The translations under genes were made by a program, and so were the position numbers. A DNA stretch of 64,000 bases from the human T2T-CHM13v2.0 reference genome, Homo sapiens, in assembly GCF_009914755.1 (NCBI RefSeq), contig NC_060926.1; one strand, written 5' to 3'. Below are positions 14,553-27,790 of the stretch, one piece after another (the first letter of the stretch is position 1; every line of letters starts with the position of its first letter). Below the pieces are notes generated by a model. The model saw only the letters and a list, made by a program, of their open reading frames with translations, did no database searches and had not been told where the DNA came from.

Positions 14553-15478
14553 CTAAATAAACTCATGCTGTGGAATAATATACAGGCCGTAAAAAGAGTG
14601 AGATAGAGCTAGTTGTGCTAGTAGAGGTGTAACATTGAGTGGAAAAAGCAAGTAAAAATGGTGTATGTAGCATAAATACAGTTTAATACCGTTTATATCT
14701 TTAAAAGAACCACACAAACAACCCTATTTCATGCAGGCACACATAGGTAAATGCACAGAGAGTCCAGAACAATAAACTCCCGCCTTGTTCTGGCAACGGA
14801 ATTTTAACATGTGATCTGGGAAGTATGTGTTACTTGTGTAAAATTACGTTTTTATTATAGATAACTGAATAGGGGAGGGCAGTATCAAGAGAAACAGAAA
14901 CTAAAATACACAAATAAGACTTGCAAAATATATGAGATTTATATAGAAAATTATGATAACTCAGTTAAAGATCAGAAGTGAAAATCTGAACAGTTGGAAA
15001 AATTCCATGGTTCTCTAAGGGAAGACAATATTCCAGAGTTGCTGCTTTCTAAATTATTGATAAATTGAATATAACTTTACTTAAAGTTTTGGCACAACTT
15101 TTGGGAGAAACTTGTCAAGTCTAGTTGTGCAAGAAGCAGTGGGAAAAAAAATTGTTTTAAGTAATGAAGGAAGCTCATCATACCTGGTATCAAAACCCAG
15201 CAAAAAGCTCTGCTAATTAAAATGGTGGTTACTGACGCAGAGTAGACAGACCAATGAGCAAAGTCCTGGCAGCACGTGTTTGTGCCTTATTCAGTTAATT
15301 CTAAGACTTTTTTTTTTTTTTTTTTCAAATTTTAATGTCTGACAGCAGGGAACACTTCACAATTTTTGTAAACTATGATACATATCATGGTTTGACAGTA
15401 TTTTTTCTCTTTCTTTGTGATATATAAAATACATGATGAGGCATCTTAAAATCTGTGATACCTTAGGTTCGGTGAAGT

Positions 15479-15481
<3 letters not shown>

Positions 15482-15518
<37 letters not shown>
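15482..15518. repeat. (TG)n microsatellite
   Basis: ~18 uninterrupted GT units. Confidence 0.95.
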
Positions 15519-15520
<2 letters not shown>

Positions 15521-16074
15521 CATTCACATATGTAATGAAATCAATCCCATGATATGAGACTCAACTCAAGCATCTCTCCAAGCTTACCAGTAGAGTCTTG
15601 TCTGCAGCCATGATGTTTGTCATTTTTTATCACTTTCTGACGGACTAACCATACAGTGAAAATCAATTGCATAAGAAAAGAAAAATATTAGAAAATATGC
15701 CGGATTTGATTCATGAAGTCTATGACAATGATTTTGGAAAAGTGCTGAAATCAACCATAAGCCATTAGCAAATAAGAATTTGGTTTTTCAAGCTAAATAC
15801 CCAAGCAAGACTTTCTTTTCAGCATTTATTATGAAAATGTGGTCTTTGTTTCAGAAGAAAGACATCCTACATATAATACAGGTGGTATTTCAATAGAAAA
15901 GCATGTACTATTCAAAAAACTGTAGAGAGATAATGACTCTTTACTGAACAAAATAGTTCTTGGATTTCTGCCTCACAAACATAAATTCCAGATAGATTAA
16001 ATATTTGATCATGAAAATAAAATAAAAATTCCAGAAGAAATACAAGAAAATAGTTTTAGAGAGCCCAAAGCCTT

Positions 16075-16292
16075 AAAGCATGTTTCCTCAGTGGGGGCAA
16101 AGACTGGTTCACGGGGGTGGGGAAACCTAACTGTTACAATGGTTTGTGGCCCTCCAGTGGGCCACAGTATACTTCAGCAGATGTGTAGTGTATCTGTGGT
16201 ATTAACATTTCATGCGGGGGCGGAAATTAGGGAGAAAATGCCTATAAAGGATTCCTTCATGGGATGAATCATGAAAAAACAAGTCATGCTGC
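16075..16292. mobile_element. hAT-Charlie-like MER relic (family uncertain)
   Basis: catgtttcctcagtggggg...gtatctgtggtattaacatttcatg resembles Charlie-derived MITEs. Confidence 0.4.
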
Positions 16293-16447
16293 CGTAGAGG
16301 AAAAGCGACAGATTTGACTATTTACATATTTTAAACTTCTCGATTATGAAAGGTAACATAAGTAAAAGTAAAAGGCAAGTGACAGCCTGGGGGAAAATAG
16401 TTTACAACTTCTGTAATGGACCAGGAAGTATAATCTGCTTCAGAGAA

Positions 16448-16527
16448 ACAACAGAGATAGTATGCGCAAAGGACACAGAGTTAGCATACAACAGAGATAG
16501 TATGCGCAAAGGACACAGAGTTAGCAT
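16448..16527. repeat. Perfect 2 x 40-bp tandem duplication
   Basis: acaacagagatagtatgcgcaaaggacacagagttagcat occurs twice, head to tail, with no mismatch. Confidence 0.97.
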
Positions 16528-17070
16528 TCGTCTTGTTTCTTAGACTAACACCACTTCTCAGTTTGCTTGGTGGTGGTTAGTTAGATATGAATGCCCATCT
16601 GTATTTCAGAAGGAATTACACCCAACACCTTTTTGAGGCTTTTCTGTTGTTGATGTTTTAAACTCTCGGAGGTTGATGACCACTGGGTTGAAACAAATGA
16701 TGTAGCATAGAAAAATACATTCTTTAGTTTTCATTTGTTTACCTGTTTTAGATTCTCTGAATGCACTGCATTTTTTTACTTTATCAGTTTTCCCTTTTAA
16801 AAATATGGGAGGGAGTTATGTTTATGGCCAAACCTAAATTTTTTTATTCTAACAAGATGATTTGGGCTATTTTATAAGCTTTTATTTGAAACAATACAGA
16901 AATTCTCATAGTGAAATATTTAGTTATTTTTAAATTAAATGTAAACATTGTTTTATGTTAATGGTATGAAATATTTAATATCCTAAATATTTGCATATAA
17001 ATATGCTAAACTAAATATTAAAATTCTAAATGTTGGTGATTTTTTTGTATTTTTTATTACTCAATTATAA

Positions 17071-17256
<186 letters not shown>

Positions 17257-17949
17257 TGATAAATAATATGAGCTGTAAGCTACAAAACTAATTATACTGG
17301 ATACTGTTCGCAGCTTCAGAATTTACCTAGTATTTTATAATTGACAAAAATAAGACTTCTAGAGGTAGGACAGTGTGTTGATGAAATGATTTATAGTAAT
17401 TCATTTTTGCTAAAGGTGAACTTTATAGAGTTTATATCAGAATGGTTTGTCTTTAAAATGCTTTTACTTAGAAATTGAAATCATGTTCCAAGATAGATGT
17501 TCAACTCAATTATAGTGTGTGCATGTGCTTCCAGGGTAAAGAAGGAGGAGGCCAAGTGTATGATGCTGTCGGGGGCTGTGAGGCATTTGCCTTGAAAAAG
17601 AATCAAATGGTTATTTCTCATTTTTTGTTGTTATATATATATATAATTTTTGCCTTTCATAGGTTAATGCAGTGTATGAGCCTAGAATTTGGGCCCCAAA
17701 ACAACCTAAGAAATTATTTTATTACAGTTTGACTTCCAACTGCATTTAGTATGCTGTGAACAATTTTTGTTTTGTTTTCAGAGCTATAAGTGTCTGATAG
17801 TGTGCAAATTTGGAAGAGTTCCCCAGAACTGCTATGGAAAAAAAGGCTGGATGCCAATATTCTGTTTTTATTTTTAGAACATGATATCAAGTTCTATTTT
17901 ACTCATTATATGATTTTTTAAAGTTTCAAAAATATTTATTGGGCTTCCC

Positions 17950-18790
17950 CCATCTACAGTCAGATTGCAGTGGCTTGAATCAGTGCACACATTTACTCTG
18001 CTTTTTAGAATTATCTGCTGTTTATTTGTGCTCCACAAACCCAAAGGACAAAATTCCCACTTGTCAGGTACATTTATTTCTTGGGGGGGAAAAAAAAAAA
18101 CCTTCTTTTCGCTTTTTGTTGACCTTGGGCAAATGAGCTTCTTGCCCTGGCAGAAATGAAATGAATGATAAATGTAGAGTGTGTCTTTGCTGAGTAATGG
18201 AGCTGCGGCTCCGGCTCCGTAGAGGTTCTCTCCCGCACAGCCTGAGGCTGCCCGGGGACCCCTGCTGTTCATTTAAATAGGTATGTCAAATCTGCCTCCA
18301 AACGCCGCCGGTTTGATCTGTGGTAATATTTGTGAAGGTTCCATATGGACTTGAGCCCCCTGCAGTGCTAAGAAATAATGTACAACGCTTCATGGTGCAG
18401 ACGCAAATTTTCTCTGAAAAGGGATGCAATGCTGCGTTTTAGCTGTCGGAGGGGATGATGGAGCTGACGCGCTAGGCCTGTCAACTTGTTACACGGATGG
18501 GTTGCACGCAGCGAAGCTGTGGAAAATCTGTGCCTTTTAACTTTTCTACTTAATCACGGTTGTAGCATTGCCTTTAGACTGTATGCTACATTAATTCTCT
18601 TCCTGCCTTCTGCCTTTCATCCCAAGTTTCACGGAAAAAAGTAAAGCATGCAGGTCTTGTAGAGGAGCCTTATCAAACAGCTGTCATCTGACATGCCATT
18701 TGCATTTGTTTTGGCTGAAACTGAGCAACCCAAGGGCAAGATATTTTGTTACATTCCATCATAATGAGGAAATTACACATCCTATAAGAG
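17950..18790. promoter_or_regulatory. Candidate conserved intronic enhancer
   Basis: Repeat-free, CpG-retaining block in an AT-rich intron with octamer, E-box and TGACA motifs. Confidence 0.5.
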
Positions 18791-21700
18791 ACCTAACTTT
18801 TCTAAGTTTGTTTTTATGTTTTAAAAGGTATTGTTCAAGAAACTGATCAGTTTCTAAGTGGATGAAATGTTACCATACTCTCTGACTAAAATGTCAAATG
18901 ATATCTGATTAATAAACATTCTTTGTTTTTGAGTAATTTAAGTTTTGTTACGTATCTATAGAAGAGTCCTTTGGGCTTTTATATTTTAGTTCAATGCAGT
19001 AATTTCTAAGTGTATGCCTTATGCATACATTTCAGCATTATGTATAGCAGGTGTCATTAATTACAGCTGCAGTCACACCAGCCTAGTTTCCCAGATAACA
19101 CATATCACGATCATCTGCAGGAGATACTGAGACTTTGAAATAGTGACTAAATGTTCATCATTCACCCTACAGAAGCGTTTTTGTAGTGGCCAGGCACTGC
19201 GTAGAAAGTCCAGCTATAACACTTGGAGCCATCTCGCCTGTCTGCACTCTCTTTGTTCTGCCTGGTCTTGGTGGTGGGGGGAACCGTCCCCTTCCCACTG
19301 TGAGTGATCACAGGATGGCTGTCCCCACTGCAGCACGGGAGGTCGCCCCTGAAGACTGTGGCAAGCTTTAAAGAGTTGGAAATGAATCCTTGTTGCTACC
19401 ATTTATTTTTGTTGATATAATTTTTTCCCTATGTGGCAGGGTAACAGACACTAAGCCAAACTGTTTTTCCCACGTCATTGCCCAACTGTAATTGTACGAG
19501 GCCCAGATGCCATTGGCCAGGAGCTGTGACAGGAAAACACATCTAGTGCCTGTGTGCAGTTATGTGAGGAGACCCTTCTGATGCCGATTAACCTTCTTAT
19601 CCTCTGTAAAGTTGACAAATCTTTTTAGTATTTGGTGACTGTTTACATAGGAAGCATATATATTACGTTATAGCAATTAATAAAAGATGGCCCTGATGCA
19701 CCTTGCAGTGCATCTTAAGATCTGTGTATGACACTTTAGTGAATCCTGTTTCCAGTTGACCTATATTTAGTCCATCCACTTTCTCTGGAGAAATGGGGAG
19801 GTTTTTGAGGAAAAATGGCCATGAAATATAAGGTACAGTTTATTGTTCCTGCCCAGAAATGAAGCGTGATAGGAAAGTATAAAGTGAAGGGGGATTTGCT
19901 GATCCGTGATGTTCTCACGTTTTGGAAATGTGCCACACTCCACAGGTTCACTTGCAAGGCACTTGGGGCTCCCATTTTCCTATGGATATAATGATCCACA
20001 TGTCTTCAGGTTCCTGGGAAAGTCGATTAAAAACTCATTTATTTTACACTAATAAGATGTATGTATATAATGAAAAAGTATAAAACCATAGTAACAAATG
20101 ATTTCTTAATAAAAAGTAATTTAAATAAGAAGAAATAAGAAACTTCTTGAGTTTCTCAACGCATCATTGAGTACCATGAAGGGATCCCCTGCATGGTGGC
20201 ACTGGCTTGGCTGGCTTTTTCACCAAAAATGGATGGCTTCTCATTTCCTTAATAGCCATTTAACCAGTATAACTTGTTTGCTTTTCAGACATGATTTAGG
20301 GCTTTAGGTTTCAAGAAAGAGAGAAAGAATAAAGTTTCCTGAAACAATTGAGCAAAGGTGTGAAGGAGGGGGAAGAATGTTAAAGAGGATATAGATGGCT
20401 GTGTAAAAAATAAAATGCTATACAGCAAGATAACCGAGTTGTGACTAGCCTAGGTGTAGACTGCGGGAAGTGGAGAAAGGACTAGGCCAGAGAGTGGGCT
20501 GCCCTTTGGGTCCAAGGCTGTAAACCCCACCAGGGTTACCTCCTTTCCCGCAGCAGCTTGGGCCTGTCCAGGATGACCAAGCTGGTGGCAAAGGGAACGG
20601 TGGGCCGCAGCCTTGGTGTTCATGGTTCAGTTTGTGAAGGTCCTTTAATTTTAAGAAAAAAACATTTACCAATACATATGTTTCTGAAAAATTAAAATTC
20701 GCTAACTAAAAGTAAGTTGAAAATCCTTTAAAACTCATAATGGGAGGGGATTATTTGACGCTGAAGTGGTAACCCTTTTGTAAAACATGGCTCATTAAGT
20801 CAAGGCATGTCTGTAACACAGCTCTTCCCAAAGTGCTTTCTGCAGAATACAGACTGTGAAATATTCTTCAGGAAAGAGGCTCTGAAGTGGTGTTAGTTTA
20901 GGAATGTTACATATTGTGTACTGGGGAACTCTAATAAGGAGACACTTAGTAGGATCAAAGCTCTGTGAAGTCCTTAAGAAACATGTTGTTTTAACACTCT
21001 GCTGCTCAAACCGAGTGGGCTGTAGAACACTTCCTACTCCAAACCCCTTTTAATGTCCCATGAAACCAGTGCTTGGGGAGGACCATAGTACAGAATATTG
21101 AAAACTCTATATATTGTCATTGTAGGCATTACTCGCCTTAGATAAATACATTTTCTCAAAAGAGAGGTTAATAAAGTCCTAGTTTTACGACTGATATCAG
21201 CCCCAATACCCTAAGCATTTATTGAAGTTTTACAAAAGCTCCCCTCATCCCAGTCTTTAAGAAAAGGAAAGTATGCAACTCTAAACACTGCACTAGGTTT
21301 TAGCATTGTGTAGAAACTTCATTTATGTTTTAGAACCAGTTTTACAGTAAACAATTGAGTATTTTCAAAGTATTTCTTTAAATTGAAGGAGTTACATGGC
21401 CACAGATGAAATATATACCAAAATATATATATATATATATATATGTAAAATGAAGGGATAAGTAGTAAAGTTTAAAATGTGAGAGAAAACCAGGTAATTC
21501 TAATCCTTGTAACGTATGTGTACACAGGGTTCATTTGCCTTGTGAAGGAAGCTCCTGGCGTATTTGGAGAATCTCCAGTTCATTTTAAAGGACTTCAGTA
21601 ACCTACTCGGTTCTTAAAGCCTGGAACAGCAGCCCCAGAAGTGTGCTGCTTCATTATGTGAAGATTCCAGACTCTTAGCAGAAGTCCTGGGGACGGAGTA

Positions 21701-24700
21701 TCACAGAATTCTTACTTAGTTCAGATGTGTCTAGATCCTCTTTGTGACCTTGCAGAGAATATTTAAAACTCTTGCATGTAGTGCTGTCTTTTAAAAATTA
21801 AGATAGTGACCCTTCTCGCAGTGAGGTGTCATGAAATAACTACAACTATGTAAAGTGCTTATTTTAAAAAAGCTACAAACTGATGCTAAAATATATTTGC
21901 ATGCTGTTTTAAGACTTTCCTTGACAGCAGGAGTTAATTCAGTAATTAATTCAGCAGTCGAAATTGCTGTTATAGAGGTGTCTTTAATGTATATTTTCCT
22001 CCCATATGAATAATTACCATTGTATATCTGGTATGTTCCAAGTGTACCAATTAAGAAAATTAATTTTTTAGAAAAGGATTCAACATATTATTGTCTCTAT
22101 GTTGGCTTTAATTAGATTACCTCTTTGTAATGGTATAATTACTATAATATATGATGGGCCTTTAATTTGAATAGTAAAAATATATGCTGTCTGAGTTATA
22201 AGAACTTTCAGGTCATCACTCCTGGGTGTGGACTTCCCCAGAGTCCTTTTTCATATGTTCCATCTTGAGATGATTTTCTTTGTATGTTGAATGGCATTTA
22301 CATGATGTACAATCTATATAGTATATTGTATTGTATTCACAAAGTAATAGCAAGAGTCTATAACAGAAGTATGTCACTTGGAACTTGAGATACATAGCGT
22401 AAACCTCTTAGTTAATGATAAGTGGATTACATTTTTATTTGTTTGATTTGATTTTGTATATGCCAGTGGCCAAAAAATTGAGGAGAGAATTTAAGAAATT
22501 GATTTTCTGTGATTTCTTTAACAAACACAGATTTTAAGTCAGTTACTTTACTATTACCATACTAGTATCTAAGATAATTACTATTAGTTACTATTTATGT
22601 TGTGTACCAAAATACAATAGACTTTTTCTATATCACCTCCCCATGAAATGTTACTTGTTTACACTTCCTAAAATTGGAATTTCCACATGATTAATAGAAC
22701 CAAAACAGATTTCAGAAGGATACTAAAAATCATAGTGCTCATACTCTCAGAAGGGTTTAGTTTAAGCATTTCTTTTCTGCAACCTGAGCATCTGGTATTT
22801 TCAAATTAGGCACCTTCTAAATTTGACTCATACATTATGGAAATCTGATGACACGAGGGGTGGATAGGCTTGCTTTGATTTTATGAAATATTAATCATAG
22901 CTGTGATTAATGATTCAGCATTTCACATCTGGGTTATTCCTGTCATATTTGAAAATTACACTGTTAAATACAGTATATAAACTTAGTGTAGGTGGGTCAT
23001 ACTAATTCTCTAGTGTCCCTTAAAAATTAAGTGGAAACTTAACAATATACCAGAAGCTACCAGTGGTAATCTGTGATGTTGACAGTTCTTGGCATATTTT
23101 ATACCCTTAAGGATTTTTTTGATGTAAATTAGCACACATCTCTTCAGGGAGTTGAAGCTATAGAATATACTTTCCAGAGAACTGTTGTCTCTAACTAACC
23201 AAGGTAGAATCTTAAGAGTGGTTTTATTATGCAAAAGAGAAAGAATAAATGGAAATGATGCACCAGTAAAATTGTTTGACTCTTGAAAGCCATACCTCAC
23301 CCCCGCTATCATTCTTGACCATTACTATAGGTCAGGCACTGTGCTAAGTACGTACTTTACATATATTTTCCTATTTAAAGAAGTGTATGGAGTGGCTTAA
23401 TGGGCATTATGTGATTTGATGGGTTACAATCATCAAATTGTAAGCATTTGCCACAAATGAATCGAATTCATCGTGTTTGAAATCTGACATGTCTTTTTCA
23501 TGGGTTGTTTTCTCCTCTTCCACATTTTTTTCTGATAGTTTTACTTGTACCATTTATAAATTATTATAGATCTCAGTACAACAGGAGGAAATGGCATCAT
23601 AGAAGAATACTTTAAGAAAAATAAGGACTGAGAGTAAAAATTGCTCAAAAGTCATTGGGAAATGACAGCCTATACTTTGACTTAAAACTTACGTACAAGA
23701 TAGGTTGATTGTTGTTATTTTAGTTGCCTTAATTATTTCAGAAAATTAAGTAAACCCTTGTAAGCGGAGGAGGGTAGTAAATTACTCAGCAATTTACTAC
23801 TATTGCTGGCATTCTTTTAAGTTCATATATTCTTCGCTAGTTTGAAAGATAGACTTGCACTCTCTGAACCTCAGGACTCTGGACGCGGCAGCTGAGAGCT
23901 GTTTTTTAATTGTCAGATACATTCCTCTGCTGCTGCAGGTGATGGATATGTAGTTTGAATGTAGTTTCCTTACCAGAGCACCCCAATGGAGCCACAGTCT
24001 GCCTGTGGTCCAGCCTGCTGACAGGCTGTGCTGGGTGCGCAGTGGCATGCTGTTTGCCTGCGTCTGTCCATTTCATATAAGTGGGGAGCATCCATTTTTT
24101 TTGGTGGGGGGAGTTCTTTATTCAGGTCATTTGAGAATTGCTTCTAGAAACAGAGGTGTATTGAAATTTTTCTGATATACTATCCATTTGAAGTCCCAAC
24201 TCAGTATTGTAGCCTTTAAAAGTGAGTTAAAGGTACCCTAACCACAGTCAGCAAGGCTTACCAATTCTTGGGAGATAAATTGTAAACTTTTACTTTCAGT
24301 AGAGTAACAGGGATATATATATGTGGATATATACCCCTGTTTTTCTATATGTGGATGGTTTGTGGTTTTGCTTTAGGGTGGACAGTTGGCTTTTGTTTGT
24401 CTTCTAATTGTCAGATACATTCCTCTGCTGCTGCAGGTGATGGATATGTACTTGGGATGTAGTTGTAGGGACAGTTCCACTTAATATGAATACTAGGATG
24501 AAATTAACTTCATTTGTCCCTCTGCTATTGTGTTGAACTAGATTCTCTGTAGTTCTTAGAGTGTACATTTCTAGCCAGTCTAGGCTTGGATGCTGCTGCT
24601 GCTGATGATGATCTAGGGACTGCACTTTTAGAATTGCTGAGCTAGAGTGATGGATTTACTTTCAGTTTTGAGATATTCATGTCTACTGGTAATGTCTAGC

Positions 24701-26146
24701 TCACCACCAGTTTTGTAGCTTCTAGTGCTGTTTCTTCTTTTCTCTCTGCTTCTTTTTTCTTTTCTCTTCTAAACTCTCAATTCTACTACACTTAATGAAA
24801 AACAAAGCAAAAAACACTTACATGAATCTCCCCAGCCAAAAGGAATGAACTTTTACATCCTTATTCACTGAGGAGTCCTACCTGTTGAGTATTATATCGG
24901 CTTTTCTCATCTATGTTACAAAAATTCAAAGGCTCAGTCTGTACTTCGTCCCTCCCTCCCTCCTGCCTTTTTTCCTTCCTTCCTTCCTTCCTTCCTTTGA
25001 TTCCTCAAAACAGGTTGCAGAGTGAAGACCATGCTAAAATGCAAGCACTAGTAAATGTGATGACAGTGGCAAAGGGACATTTCTCCTACACTTAGATAAA
25101 ACTTTATCAGCAACATTATGTGGTAATATGGCAGTCTAATCAGAGCCCACAAGAAGTTGCCCCTGAAAACTTGAAATTATTAAGACTGTTTGAGATATGG
25201 ATTGACACATCTCTATCAGTAACAAGGTGTATCTTCTGAGATTTGCTGATACTAGGAGGTATCATGATTAGCAAAAAAAAAAAAAAAAGTAAATTTATGT
25301 CATCTCTGGCTCATTCTTTTAAAATGCCTATCTGCTCATTGGGTATTAGTATGGTAGGTTATGTGTAAATTATAAATGAATAAATACAAATGTATTGAGT
25401 GTTAGTCTCAAAAAGTTAAGTTTGCTCAGGCAAAAGCTGTACTATTTTGCTTGTTGTAAACTCATTGCCTAGAAAATATATTTCATTGATGATCCTTATT
25501 GCTGGATTATTGCTTTTTGCAAGTTTTAACAAAATGGCAAACTTCTACTTCCATTGTAATTTAACAAGTGACATGCATTCACAGATTTTGTTAGGAAGTA
25601 AATTAATAGGAGGAAATCAAATAAAAAATATAATAGCTCTTTTTAAGATAAAAACTATATGATAAGGACTTCAATATTATTTAAATATTAAATAAGTAGT
25701 AAGTCGTATTAAATAATACGTAAGTATCTATAAATACCATATATTTTACTGGATAATTCTCTAAGTTTAAAGTGCACATTGCCATATAAATTACGATTTT
25801 TTCTGAAAGAAAAGGAAAATAGTTAAAGGTTTTTGGTTTTTTTTAACCAACCTCACTGAAGTAGAGTTGTAAAATTTTTATAGAGTTATTTTAAAATCAG
25901 CTAAAGTTAAGTGTGCTGTGATGTATGACACTAAATTCTCATTGAAATTACTCTATCATCCTTTAGTTTAAATGAGAAATAGTATTATTAAAAGCATTTT
26001 CAGTTTTATTTACTCTGCAGCTTGATTCTCTGAGGAGGAGGACACCTTAGGAAGTACTTACAGGAGAAAACTATAAAATATATCAGAAGTTATAATGTAC
26101 CATTGCTCTTATTTTTAGCATGTACTGTATATTTTGTTTGCCATAG

Positions 26147-26232
26147 GATGTATATGGAATGTTACTCAATTTAGAAAAACATCAAAGTCACTTGCAAGCC
26201 AAAAGTCTGCTTCCAGAAAAAACTGTAACCAG
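26147..26232 (+). CDS. MRPS9: MRPS9 coding exon (86 nt) DVYGMLLNLEKHQSHLQAKSLLPEKTVT(R)
   Basis: ccatag|GATGTA...ACCAG|gtaagc; phase 0/2. Confidence 0.95.
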
Positions 26233-27070
26233 GTAAGCTCTTTTCTTGCATTAAAATATAAGTAAAATTTGAACTAAAAACATGCCACTCATTGGTATTT
26301 TTTTAGACATACCTGAAGCCTAAAATTTGTTCAGTATTTCAGCATTAAGCATTAAGGTTAGGGTTCAAAATAATAGATAGTTTTTGTTTAGGAGGAAGCA
26401 TGAATTGAAGTTATTTTTATGTTATTTTATCCCAGATTTATATGTGATAGAATATTTAATTACTATACCTGGATATGATGTCCTCAGAATTTTTATGTAT
26501 ATAGCTGCACATTTATTTAGCATTTGCATGCTTTAATTTTTTACATTTTATTTTTATATTTTGGTATTTCAAGGTTTCTGCTTCCATTTGGCAGACAGCG
26601 ATAGATCAGATCCATCAAACTGATCAGCCAGTGTTAAATTTTGGCCTATCTATTCAAGATTTCTTCCATAAAGGAAGAACACCTTGTTTAAGTTAAGTTA
26701 AATGCACTCCTGTCCCTTTAGTTGACCTTGCTACCACATTAGTCTATTGACAGGTTAACGTTGTATCTATAACATCTTCTTTGAAGTAAGTTATACAGGC
26801 ACAATTTTAATCTTTAAGAAATCTGGTGGGCTTTTAATACCAAGTGAGTTCCATAGTGGCATATTTAACTCTTAAAACATTTGCTAGAGTAGATACCTTT
26901 TCTAGAGTAGATTGAGGAAATGGAATGTATGTCAAAAATAGCTTAGTTGGGTAAAATTACTGCTATATAATATAAAAACTGATTTTCAAATCATAAAATT
27001 GCTACTATATGTGGGATCTTTTGTGATATAACTCTAATTGCATGGCTAATTAAAAAGAGAATATATGTGA

Positions 27071-27166
<96 letters not shown>

Positions 27167-27639
27167 TAATCTTTTTAATTTAAGGGGACCTATGCAATAA
27201 GAATACAGACAATTGCTGTATTTAGGATCCTAATAGTAATGTTCCTCAGAGGCAGGTGTTCCTACGATGACTTTTCTTTCTTTCTTTAAAAACAAAACAA
27301 AACAAAAAAACAAAACACATTCATCATTGATTTCTGCCTTGGGAGGACCTTATTTGTGGTCAGGGAGGTGACTTGTCGAGTCTCCAAGTCCTCCTCTTGT
27401 AAGTGCCCTCATATCCTGTGCCAGTTGTTTTAGGGAAGCACGGCAGATGTTGTTTCATCTCCTTACGTAAGGCCAGTAGCTAATTTTACAAGCTGATGAT
27501 AAGTGTAAGGAGTCATTATAGGTTAAGTAGAAAAGGGATGCAGCACATGGTTACCTTCATGCAGTTTACTGCTTACCTTGTGTGCCATATCTGTAAGGTC
27601 AGTGGTTTTTATCTTGGGATCTGCAAACCACCTCTGTCG

Positions 27640-27790
27640 GAATCCCTTGAAATGAAATGCTGGTTACAAACTACAGTGTCCTAAGCCTCACCCTAGATCT
27701 AGCTCAGAATCTCTAGGGAGTTACCGAGGAATCTTTTTAACCAACTTTCCAGGCGAATCTTATACCCTATAAAGTTTGTGACCCCCTGCT
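27640..27790. mobile_element. MER5-like DNA transposon relic
   Basis: cagaatctctaggg...gaatctttttaaccaactttccaggcgaatcttat...aaagtttgtgaccccctg. Confidence 0.55.

Noticed and set aside
23010-23312. 100-aa ATG-initiated antisense ORF in an MRPS9 intron
   Set aside because: No recognisable domain, promoter or splice support; composition reflects AT-rich DNA. It would need Ribo-seq or PhyloCSF evidence.
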